A stretch of 19,243 nt of DNA from NCBI GenBank assembly GCA_030649345.1, contig JAUSKK010000010.1:1-19243 (forward strand), in the 5' to 3' direction. Below the pieces are notes generated by a model, which saw only the letters and a list, made by a program, of their open reading frames with translations, ran no database searches and was not told the origin of the DNA. The position numbers and the translations under genes were made by a program. Source of the stretch: Candidatus Iainarchaeum sp. (GTDB taxonomy: Archaea > Iainarchaeota > Iainarchaeia > Iainarchaeales > 0-14-0-20-34-12). This document shows, in pieces, positions 7,915 to 15,595 of this stretch (the first letter of the stretch is position 1; each line of letters starts with the position of its first letter).

Positions 7915-8646
7915 ATGATTCAATTAAAAGATTTAGAATTACTTCAAAAAAGTGTTCGTGCAATTTCGAATTTTATTACGGAAGGCAATTTTCGATTTAA
8001 TGAAAAAGGAATTTCCATTAAAGCCATTGACCCCAGTCAAATTGTAATGGTGGATTATTGTATTCCGAAAAATTTGTTTGAAAAATTTGAAATCGAAGAA
8101 CCTACTTTAGCTGGATTGGATGTAGAAGAATTAAACAAAGTTCTCAAACGAGGATTTAGCCAGGATTTATTGGAAATGCATTTAGAGGATTCGCAAATTA
8201 CTTTAATTTTAGAAAGTGATGTTAAACGAGAATTCAAGCTTTCCTTAATTGATGTTCCAGGAGAAGATATTGAATTACCCAAACAAGAATTTGATGCCGT
8301 AGTAGAAATCAATGCAGGAATTTTACAAGAATCTTTAAAAGATGCCAGTGTATTTGGCAGCAGTGTAGTCCTTAAAGTAAATGGCACAGATTTTTCTTTA
8401 GAAGGAAAAGGTCCGCAAGGTTCTTTGCAAATGGATGCGAAAACCAAAGCTAAAGTTAAACACAATTCAGGAAAAAACCAAGAAATTGTCAGCAAATATT
8501 CTCTAAGTTTTCTAGAAAACATTGTCCGAGAAGCTTCCAGTGAAAAAATCATTTTATTGGAACTCAAAAACGAAGCTCCTATGAAAATTAGTTATGATAT
8601 TAGTAAAACAAGAATTCAATTCTATTTAGCTCATATGTTGTTGTAA
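7915..8646 (+). CDS. pcn: PCNA paralog 2 (divergent sliding-clamp subunit)
   Basis: ISNFITEGNFRFNEKGISIKAIDPSQIVMVDYCIP...LSLIDVPGEDIELPKQEFDAVVEI...LKDASVFGSSV has the same architecture as PCNA-1. By eye it is only about one-third identical to PCNA-1. It ends FYLAHMLL instead of FLAPRIE(E/D). Confidence 0.85.
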   Translation: MIQLKDLELLQKSVRAISNFITEGNFRFNEKGISIKAIDPSQIVMVDYCIPKNLFEKFEIEEPTLAGLDVEELNKVLKRGFSQDLLEMHLEDSQITLILESDVKREFKLSLIDVPGEDIELPKQEFDAVVEINAGILQESLKDASVFGSSVVLKVNGTDFSLEGKGPQGSLQMDAKTKAKVKHNSGKNQEIVSKYSLSFLENIVREASSEKIILLELKNEAPMKISYDISKTRIQFYLAHMLL

Positions 8647-8660
8647 ATTAGTTTAAACTG

Positions 8661-8678
8661 TTTTTTTTTTTGCTTTTT
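8661..8678 (+). terminator. Oligo-T archaeal terminator after PCNA-2
   Basis: A T11 run (8661-8671) is followed by GC and T5 (8674-8678), 15 nt past the stop codon. Confidence 0.45.
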
Positions 8679-8775
8679 GTTTAATTTTAAACAATCCCAC
8701 AAATATTTGCAAAATTAATTTTGATTCAGTTTTGTACTAAAGGTATATTAACAAGTAAGTTTCTTATACTGTTAA

Positions 8776-10104
8776 ATGAATTTATTAAAATTAGGCTTTT
8801 TAGTTTTAGTTTTGTTTTATAGTATTTCTGCTTTTGGTGTTATCTCCAAAGAAGTTAATATTCAAGGTGTTTTAACTACCAGTGATGGAAATTTTGTAAA
8901 CGGTGATGTAAACTTAATCTCTAGAATATACAATGCGTCTTCTGGTGGTTCAGTTGTTTACGTGGACACCAATGCAGTTACAGCTTCCAATGGTTATTTT
9001 TCAACTGTTTTAGGTGATGCGAATACTTTAGATGTTAATTTTTTGCAGGATTTTTGGCTAACTTTACAAGTTAAATTAACCAGTGCTTCTAGTTTTGATG
9101 CTGAAATGAGTCCAAGAGTCAAGTTAAGAGCCGCGCCCCAATCTATTGGTTCAGATAAAGCATTTGATTTGAATGTTGTTAATAGTATTGTTGGTAATGA
9201 TAGTTTGGTGCGAGTAGGTTCTTCGAGTGCTAGAACTGATTTGAATGTTTCTCGTGATTTGAATTCTACTAGATTGTTTACGAGTGTTTTGTTTCCTTTG
9301 GATTTGAGTGTGTTGAATGTTGGTTCTTCTAGTGTTAGAGCTGATTTGAATGTTTCTCGTGATTTGAATGCTACTAGATTGTTTACGAGTGCTGTTTTTC
9401 CTTTGGATTTGACTACTTTGAATATTGGTTCTTCAACTTTCCGTAGTGACTTAAATGTTTCTCGTGATTTGAATGCTTCTCGTTTGTTTTCGAGTGTTTT
9501 GTTTCCTTTGAATTTGTCTGTTTTGTTTGTTGGTTCTTTAGCTGTTCCTGTGGATTTGAATGTTACTGGTGATTTGAATGTTGCTGGTGATGTGAATTTT
9601 GCTGGTGGTGTTTCGGCTGTTGGGTTTTTTGGTTCAGGTGCTGGTTTGACGAGTTTGCCATCAAGTGATATTAATAATACAGTTATTCGCCCATTAATTT
9701 TAACAATTGGTGCAAATTCAGCTTTGTTATGGTCTGGTTTGTCTTCGGGTGATTTGAATTTGACGGGTCGAATTTATGGTGGTATAGATAATTTGGTGCA
9801 AATAGGTTCTTCGACTGTTCAGAATGATTTGAATGTTTCAAGAGATTTGAATTCTACCAGGCATTTTAATTTGGGTACTATGATTTTAGGTTCTGCTTTG
9901 AATAGTGGTTTAAGTGACGGTGACATTAATACAAGTGGTTCAGTACGTGTGAATACTGATTTGAATATTAACGCTCAAACCGATAATCGGGGTATTTGGA
10001 TTGATGGAAATATTATGATTAAACGAAACAGTGCAACTTGGATGACTTGTTACCCTTTAAGTGCTACTGATAATAATACTGCGATTGTTTGCAGTCCAGC
10101 ATAA
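8776..10104 (+). CDS. Secreted repeat surface protein, shorter paralog of 5374..7866
   Basis: It has a signal peptide (MNLLKLGFLVLVLFYSISAFG). The N-terminal module is roughly 70% identical by eye to that of 5374..7866. It carries four xDLNVSRDLN(S/A)(T/S)R motifs and shares the block LFSSVLFPLNLSVLFVGSLAVPVDLNVTGDLNVAGDVNFAGGVSAV. Confidence 0.8.
   Translation: MNLLKLGFLVLVLFYSISAFGVISKEVNIQGVLTTSDGNFVNGDVNLISRIYNASSGGSVVYVDTNAVTASNGYFSTVLGDANTLDVNFLQDFWLTLQVKLTSASSFDAEMSPRVKLRAAPQSIGSDKAFDLNVVNSIVGNDSLVRVGSSSARTDLNVSRDLNSTRLFTSVLFPLDLSVLNVGSSSVRADLNVSRDLNATRLFTSAVFPLDLTTLNIGSSTFRSDLNVSRDLNASRLFSSVLFPLNLSVLFVGSLAVPVDLNVTGDLNVAGDVNFAGGVSAVGFFGSGAGLTSLPSSDINNTVIRPLILTIGANSALLWSGLSSGDLNLTGRIYGGIDNLVQIGSSTVQNDLNVSRDLNSTRHFNLGTMILGSALNSGLSDGDINTSGSVRVNTDLNINAQTDNRGIWIDGNIMIKRNSATWMTCYPLSATDNNTAIVCSPA
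9217..9531 (+). repeat. Three tandem in-frame 105-bp (35-aa) coding repeats
   Basis: The units are 9217-9321, 9322-9426 and 9427-9531. They encode GSSSARTDLNVSRDLNSTRLFTSVLFPLDLSVLNV, GSSSVRADLNVSRDLNATRLFTSAVFPLDLTTLNI and GSSTFRSDLNVSRDLNASRLFSSVLFPLNLSVLFV. Confidence 0.85.
9469..9659 (+). repeat. Partner copy of the 191-nt near-identical tract (see 6526-6716)
   Basis: Same hand alignment as for 6526-6716. Four of the six differences are synonymous. Confidence 0.85.
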
Positions 10105-10147
10105 TTGTTTTTATTTATTAAGTTTAGTATTTTATTGAGTTGGGTAT

Positions 10148-11605
10148 ATGAATTGTAAAACTTTAAAATTTAAATTTTTTTTTTCTTTAATTTTTCTAAT
10201 TCTACTTTTGCCTAATGTTTTTTCTGCAGAAACAACTGGAACAACTTATGCTATTCGAAGTTTGGCAACTCAGTCTTCGGGTGCTGAAATAACATCCACC
10301 AATTATAATTTGATTGTAAATGCAGGAAATTCTTTTGACGGAAATCTGAACGGCACTTCTTATGCTATTCAACTTGGTTTTATAACATCTGGATTGTATA
10401 GTAACCCTCAAGTGGCGTTTGTTTCTCCAACAAATAATGCAACTCAAACATCTGCCACTGTAACTTTAGATTATAATGTTACAAACTTGTCCAGTACTGC
10501 TGACTTAAATGGTTTTGTTAAAAAATTTTGGATCAGCGTAGACTCAGCAGAGCCTACATCTTATGTGGATAATGGTTTGGCTTTACGGTATACTTTTTCC
10601 AGTCAAAGCAATGCTACTCATCGATATCGTGTTAAAGTTATGAATCTAAATGACCAAAATACAAGCACTGCAACTGTGGATGTCAATGTAAATGTGGCTG
10701 TAACTTCTAATACTGTAACAACCGGTGTAACCAATTCAGGCGGCGATCCACCAAATCCCAATGATCCAGATACTGGAAAAACTGTTTTATTGAATGACGG
10801 AAGTGATTCTCCTAGTTTGACTTCAGAAGATATTCGTTCTGTTTTGGCAGATAATTTTTCTTCCGAAGACCTTAAAGGTATTTCCAGTTCAGCTGTTAGT
10901 TCAGCATCTTTGTTTAAAGTAAACCGAAAAGTTCAGCTTCGTGTCCATAATTCCAAATACTACAATAATCTTACTTTAACTATTGAAAACTTAACCGATA
11001 AACCTCAAACTAATATTTGGCTATTTGAAACTATTCCTAAAGAAATTGCGGAAACAGCTTCTTTAGTTTCTAACAGCAGTCATGAATTTGATATAGTTAA
11101 AGATGATCCTGCTGTTGCGTTTATAATTCCAATTTTAAATCCTGGAGAAAAACAAGAAATACTTTATCAGATTGATACTGAAAAAAACTTTTCAAATGAA
11201 GTTACAACTTGGCAGCAACAGCCAGCATTTGCATTTTTAGTGCCTGTTGAAAAAGTTAATTTATGTGCCAATGTTGTGTGTGAACAAAAAACATGTCAAT
11301 TAAGCAGATGCAATCTTGTAACCGGCCAATGTGCATATAGCCCAGCAGCCGAAGGTTCTGTTTGCGGAGAAAATAAAGTGTGCAGTTCAAATGCGTGTGT
11401 AGATGTTCCAGTATCCACTGATACTCCTACAGGTCAAGTAGGGGCTGCAGTAGCTAATAACTCCAGTATAGGTTCTACAGAACCCCAGCCGCCTTCAGTT
11501 TTATTAATAGGTTTAGCAGTTTTAGCTGGAATCATTGCTTTATTATTGATTTTTGTTTTGCCAAAATTAAACAAACCTAAAACAGGTTTAGGCAAATTTA
11601 AATAA
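10148..11605 (+). CDS. Secreted cell-surface protein with a Cys-rich module and a C-terminal TM anchor
   Basis: It has a signal peptide (FSLIFLILLLPNVFSAETTG) and many NxS/T sequons. An eight-Cys module CANVVCEQKTCQLSRCNLVTGQCAYSPAAEGSVCGENKVCSSNACV lies at 11264-11398. The C-terminus is a hydrophobic helix plus basic tail (LLIGLAVLAGIIALLLIFVLPKLNKPK). Confidence 0.75.
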   Translation: MNCKTLKFKFFFSLIFLILLLPNVFSAETTGTTYAIRSLATQSSGAEITSTNYNLIVNAGNSFDGNLNGTSYAIQLGFITSGLYSNPQVAFVSPTNNATQTSATVTLDYNVTNLSSTADLNGFVKKFWISVDSAEPTSYVDNGLALRYTFSSQSNATHRYRVKVMNLNDQNTSTATVDVNVNVAVTSNTVTTGVTNSGGDPPNPNDPDTGKTVLLNDGSDSPSLTSEDIRSVLADNFSSEDLKGISSSAVSSASLFKVNRKVQLRVHNSKYYNNLTLTIENLTDKPQTNIWLFETIPKEIAETASLVSNSSHEFDIVKDDPAVAFIIPILNPGEKQEILYQIDTEKNFSNEVTTWQQQPAFAFLVPVEKVNLCANVVCEQKTCQLSRCNLVTGQCAYSPAAEGSVCGENKVCSSNACVDVPVSTDTPTGQVGAAVANNSSIGSTEPQPPSVLLIGLAVLAGIIALLLIFVLPKLNKPKTGLGKFK

Positions 11606-11608
11606 AAC

Positions 11609-11649
11609 AGCCAGCTAAGTTCAGTTAATGCATGGCTTTTTCTTTTTTT
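11609..11649 (+). terminator. Short hairpin followed by T-runs
   Basis: AGCCA (11609-11613) pairs with TGGCT (11633-11637). The sequence then runs into TTTTTCTTTTTTT, directly after the stop of 10148..11605. Confidence 0.35.
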
Positions 11650-11666
11650 AGGAACGCATTTTCTAT

Positions 11667-12677
11667 ATGATTTCCTTAACTGAACTGCAGTTTGCTGTCA
11701 AATATTCTTTTACCAATACAGCCAAACAAGTCATGAAAGAATTGGATTTGCCTTTAGAAAATATTCCGCAAGAAATTCAACAATTGGCAGTTCATAAAAT
11801 CCTGCAGGCATTTCAACGTAAAAAAAATACGACTCCAAATATTCAACATCAGGAAATTTTGCGAAACCATTTACTTTCCTTTCCAGTGACTAAAATTATT
11901 TTAGCCAGTATCCAAGACAGTACACTCAATGAACGGTTTTCACAAAGCATGGCTGATTCTGTATTCGAATGCTTAGAGCAAGAAAATAATAAATCTGAAA
12001 TATTCAAAAAAATTTGTCGTGATTCCAATATTGAATTCCAAGAACTTCAAGGAATATATGCTTTGAATGTAATTGATTATTTGTCTGCCAATCCATTGCA
12101 TCCTAAACTTAGACTAATTAATCAATCCATTCAAAACGGAAAAGTTTTTTTATCGTCCCATTTACTTTCCCGCTGGATTTCTGCTTTGGCTAGAAAACAA
12201 ATTCAAGAAAGCTTAAATCAAAAACCCAAAAATTTGCCTAAATCTTTGGAAACCATTATTACTCAAACTGAAAACCAAATTCAAGAAATCAGACAAAAAA
12301 TGATCTCAACCGATGTTTCTTTGGAAGGGCATGCAGTTCAAATTGAATTATTTCCAGAATGTATGCGTTCCTTGTATTTGCGGTTAAACAACGGAGAAAA
12401 CTTGCCGCATATGGCTCGCTTTTTTTTAGCTAGTTTTTTGACAGCCATTCACATGCCTTTAGAAAGTATTCTGGACTTGTTTAGAAAAGCACCCAATTTT
12501 GATGAACGAACAACTCGGTACCATTTATTGAATATTGAAAAAAAAGGATACACTCCGCCCAGTTCAGCTAAGCTACGAGAACATGGTTTGGCTTGCAATG
12601 ACTGTGGAGTAACGCACAATCATCCGTTAACGTATTACAAAAAAGAACTCAGCAAAATTAAACCTAAAAAGAAATAA
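11667..12677 (+). CDS. priL: DNA primase large (regulatory) subunit PriL
   Basis: The C-terminal domain reads FPECMRSLYLRLNNGENLPHMARFFLASFLTAIHMPLESILDLFRKAPNFDERTTRYHLLNIEKKGYTPPSSAKLREHGLACNDCG..HPLTYY. This matches the conserved PriL/p58 Fe-S domain pattern. Confidence 0.85.
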   Translation: MISLTELQFAVKYSFTNTAKQVMKELDLPLENIPQEIQQLAVHKILQAFQRKKNTTPNIQHQEILRNHLLSFPVTKIILASIQDSTLNERFSQSMADSVFECLEQENNKSEIFKKICRDSNIEFQELQGIYALNVIDYLSANPLHPKLRLINQSIQNGKVFLSSHLLSRWISALARKQIQESLNQKPKNLPKSLETIITQTENQIQEIRQKMISTDVSLEGHAVQIELFPECMRSLYLRLNNGENLPHMARFFLASFLTAIHMPLESILDLFRKAPNFDERTTRYHLLNIEKKGYTPPSSAKLREHGLACNDCGVTHNHPLTYYKKELSKIKPKKK

Positions 12678-12687
12678 TTTGATCCTT

Positions 12688-13926
12688 ATGGAAACATCGG
12701 AAAGTTTTTTGAAGAAAAAATTCCAAGAATACTATCGGAAAGTAAAATTAGGCAAACCTTTGGAAATCGAAAAACGAGAATTTGGAGTTGGAGAATTTGG
12801 CAAAAAGATTACGCGAAGACATTTAAGTTTTTCTTCACATGCTCAATTCAATCAATTTCTGCAAACCGAAGCACCATTCTATGTTTCTTACTCGAATGCA
12901 TACTATCAATTTCCTGCAAGAACACCTATGACTGCAAAAAAATTATTGAGTTCAGATTTAGTGTATGAATTTGATGCCGATGACATTTCAACCAACTGCA
13001 AAAACCAGCATGATTCCTGGAAATGTCCTAAATGCCAAACAGAAGGAAAAGGGGAAGTAAAAATTTGCCCAAATTGTTCGAATGGAACCCAACAAGAACA
13101 ATGGTTTTGCAGTGAATGCTTGAATGCAACCAAAGAACAAATGTTGAAATTAATTGAAATTATTGAAAACGATTTCGGATTTAGTGAAGGATTGCATATT
13201 AATTTCTCCGGTAACGCAGGCTATCATTTGCATTTGGATTCTGAAAAAATTCGAATGTTATCCAAAGAAGCCAGAATTCAAATTTTGGATTATTTAACTT
13301 TTCATGAAATGGATTTTGAGCAAACCCAATTTTTGACCACAGTTGACAAAATGGTGTACTGTCCGTCATTGGAAAAAACAAAAGGCCAGCACCGCAGGCT
13401 TATGGTTTATTTGGAGAAAGTAATTTCTGAAAAAAGTGTAACTGATTTAGCCAGTATTGGTTTGGTGAGTGTAAAAAAAATAAAACCTTTTTTAGAAAAT
13501 CGACTTAAAATTGTTGAAAAATTACGCCAAGGAACTATGCTTCCTTTGCCTGGAAATTTTTCCGATACCCAAAAATTCTGGCAATCTCTGCTAACCTATG
13601 CTGTAGAACAAAATACTTTAGCCATTGACCGGCAAACCAGTGTGGATTTGCATAAAATTATTCGTGTCCCAGACACTTTGCATGGGGGCACAGGTTTTTT
13701 GGCTAAAAGCATTCCTTTGCCTGAATTTAAAAAATTTAATCCCTTTAACGATAGTATTGTGTTTTCCGAAAAGCCAGTAAAGGTTTTTATTAAAAACGCT
13801 CCACAATTTAGTTTAGGAAACCAAACATTTGAATCCATGCAAAACCAGAAAACAGAATTGCCTGAATTTGCAGCAATCTATTTAATGGCCAGACAAAAAG
13901 CACTGCTGGCAGAAGATTTTTTATGA
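12688..13926 (+). CDS. priS: DNA primase small (catalytic) subunit PriS
   Basis: It has LVYEFDADD (catalytic DxD), the Zn-knuckle CPKCQ...CPNC, NFSGNAGYHLHL and IIRVPDTLHGGTG, the hallmark archaeo-eukaryotic primase motifs. The track starts it at TTG 12679. I prefer the ATG at 12688, and the difference is only 3 codons. Confidence 0.9.
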   Translation: METSESFLKKKFQEYYRKVKLGKPLEIEKREFGVGEFGKKITRRHLSFSSHAQFNQFLQTEAPFYVSYSNAYYQFPARTPMTAKKLLSSDLVYEFDADDISTNCKNQHDSWKCPKCQTEGKGEVKICPNCSNGTQQEQWFCSECLNATKEQMLKLIEIIENDFGFSEGLHINFSGNAGYHLHLDSEKIRMLSKEARIQILDYLTFHEMDFEQTQFLTTVDKMVYCPSLEKTKGQHRRLMVYLEKVISEKSVTDLASIGLVSVKKIKPFLENRLKIVEKLRQGTMLPLPGNFSDTQKFWQSLLTYAVEQNTLAIDRQTSVDLHKIIRVPDTLHGGTGFLAKSIPLPEFKKFNPFNDSIVFSEKPVKVFIKNAPQFSLGNQTFESMQNQKTELPEFAAIYLMARQKALLAEDFL

Positions 13927-14519
13927 CTGAATTTACTTATGAAGAATTGCGAAAAATATACCGCAATGAATTAAACTCCAGCAAACTCACTCCTTTGGAA
14001 TCCGAGTTTTTTGAAAACCTGCATAAACTGATTCAACAGCAAAAAAAAGGATACCAGAAAGCATTAACCGAAGGTCATTTAGTGTACGGGCATGATTTAT
14101 CGAATACAAAGAAATTAGTGGAAGAAATTGTTTCTTTGCGGGAAAAAAAGATTTTAAGCAAAGTCTTGCTGGCCAACAAAATTGAAAGTACAGATGATGC
14201 ATTTTTGACTCGAGAAGAAAAACAAGTGCTTTCCAAAATGATTGAATTAATTGAAACTTACAGAAACACGTTCCAAGCTTGTTTTGCAGAAACCAGCGAA
14301 AAAACAGACTTAAGTGAAGTTTCATCCAATTATTCAGAAAATTCAGCAGAGCCTTTTAATAAAGTTTTTATCCGAATTATTAAAGATGTGCCTAGTTTTG
14401 TTGGAGCGGACATGGCAGAATACGGCCCGTTTCAAACTGGAGTCACTTTGGAATTGCCGGATAAAACAGCCAGTTTGCTGATTCATCGAAAGTTTGCAGA
14501 AACAGCAGTTCCAGTTTAA
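13923..14519 (+). CDS. gins51: GINS complex subunit, Gins51 type (A-domain then B-domain order)
   Basis: The N-terminus is helical (TYEELRKIYRNELNSSKLTPLESEFFENLHKLI). The C-terminus is a beta-rich domain (FIRIIKDVPSFVGADMAEYGPFQTGVTLELPDKTASLLIHRKFAE). Its start overlaps the priS stop (ATGA). GINS genes next to primase genes are known from other archaea. Confidence 0.7.
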   Translation: MTEFTYEELRKIYRNELNSSKLTPLESEFFENLHKLIQQQKKGYQKALTEGHLVYGHDLSNTKKLVEEIVSLREKKILSKVLLANKIESTDDAFLTREEKQVLSKMIELIETYRNTFQACFAETSEKTDLSEVSSNYSENSAEPFNKVFIRIIKDVPSFVGADMAEYGPFQTGVTLELPDKTASLLIHRKFAETAVPV

Positions 14520-14542
14520 AAAAATATTTTGAAGGTGAAATA

Positions 14543-14770
14543 ATGAGTTCGAAAGAAAACGCGACAATAGATTCAAAGTTAGTTAAACAACTCGGTCAAA
14601 AAAAATCCGATTTTTTAAAAATCAAATGCAATGGCTGCGGAGGAGAACAAGTAACTTTTTCGCATCCCAGCAAACCAGTAAAATGTTTGGTTTGTGACAA
14701 AGTTTTGGCTAAAACCACAGGTTCTAAATTGGAATTGGTGCAAGGGCAAATTGTACAATTATTAAAATAA
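14543..14770 (+). CDS. rps27e: 30S ribosomal protein eS27 (S27e)
   Basis: It has the C4 zinc ribbon KCNGCGGEQVTFSHPSKPVKCLVCDKVLAKTTGSKLEL. GGTGA lies upstream of the ATG. aIF2-alpha follows, which is a conserved archaeal gene pair. Confidence 0.9.
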   Translation: MSSKENATIDSKLVKQLGQKKSDFLKIKCNGCGGEQVTFSHPSKPVKCLVCDKVLAKTTGSKLELVQGQIVQLLK

Positions 14771-14810
14771 AACTAAAAAATTAAAACAAAATTGAAAATA
14801 CGGTGAATGA

Positions 14811-15575
14811 ATGGAATATCCTGGTCTTGGCGAACAAGTAATTGTTAAAGTGGTAAAAATCTTAGACTATGGAGTCATTATTTCTTTAGTGGACTATCCG
14901 CCCTTGGAAGGGTTTGTTCACATTTCTCACGTTTCTTCAGGTTGGGTTAAAAATATCCGCAATTTTGTCAAAGACCAGCAAATTCGAGTAGCTGAAGTCT
15001 TGGCCATTGATGTAGAAAAAAATCAAATGGATTTATCATTCAAAAAAATAAGCTCCGGTGAAGAAAAACAAAGACTCGAAGAATGGAAACAACTCAAGCG
15101 CAGTAAAGTATTAATTGAAATTTTAGCCAAAAGCAAAAAAAAATCCTTTGATTCTGTTTGGACTGAAGTAGCCGAGCCCATTATTGAACATTATGAAAGT
15201 TTACCGGATGGACTGAAAGCCATTGCTTTAGAAGGCGAAACAGCCGCCAGCATGGTCCCCAAACATTGGATTGCTGATTTAGTTGCTTTGGTTAAAAAAA
15301 ATATTATTATTCCAGTTCGAATGATTAAAGCAGTATTTACGGTAAAATCTATGGCTTCCGATGGAGTTCATATTATTAAAGAAGGTGTAGGCCTAGCCAT
15401 GGCTGCAGTGAAAACTACTAATTTAGAAGTTCATTATATGGGTGCTGGAAAATTTGCAGTCAAAGCTTCAGGTCCAGATTATAAACAAACTGAAAAAAAA
15501 CTTAAACAATTTCAAGAAGTTTTAGAAAAAGAACTCAAACGCAAACAAGCCAGTGTTGAATTTGCAAAAATTTAA
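14811..15575 (+). CDS. eif2a: Translation initiation factor 2 subunit alpha (aIF2-alpha)
   Basis: The S1 domain reads GEQVIVKVVKILDYGVIISLVDYPPLEGFVHISHVSSGWVKNIRNFVKDQQIRVAEVLAIDVEKNQMDLSFKKIS. Helical and alpha-beta C-terminal domains follow. GGTGA lies upstream. Confidence 0.9.
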   Translation: MEYPGLGEQVIVKVVKILDYGVIISLVDYPPLEGFVHISHVSSGWVKNIRNFVKDQQIRVAEVLAIDVEKNQMDLSFKKISSGEEKQRLEEWKQLKRSKVLIEILAKSKKKSFDSVWTEVAEPIIEHYESLPDGLKAIALEGETAASMVPKHWIADLVALVKKNIIIPVRMIKAVFTVKSMASDGVHIIKEGVGLAMAAVKTTNLEVHYMGAGKFAVKASGPDYKQTEKKLKQFQEVLEKELKRKQASVEFAKI

Positions 15576-15595
15576 ATCCATTGAATTGATTTAAA

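Noticed and set aside
8055-8567. 170-aa minus-strand ORF inside PCNA-2
   Set aside because: The plus-strand frame encodes an unmistakable PCNA. The antisense product is Ser/Lys-rich with no motif.
9217-9531. Possible CRISPR array, because of regularly spaced repeats
   Set aside because: The repeats are 105 bp, directly abutting with no spacers. They are in-frame inside a long ORF and encode a conserved 35-aa unit. No cas genes are present.
6526-9659. Diversity-generating retroelement (template/variable repeat pair)
   Set aside because: The six differences between the two 191-nt tracts are not adenine-specific (AG>TC, G>A, T>G, C>G, A>G). Both copies lie inside coding genes. There is no reverse transcriptase or accessory gene in the window.
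7915-11605. Integrated virus or plasmid carrying PCNA-2 and the surface proteins
   Set aside because: The window has no integrase, transposase, capsid or att-like direct repeats bounding the block. Base composition looks the same as in the neighbouring genes. This cannot be supported from the sequence alone.
12679-12687. TTG start for priS as given in the ORF track
   Set aside because: An in-frame ATG lies 3 codons downstream (12688) and is the more conventional start. The choice does not affect the functional call.
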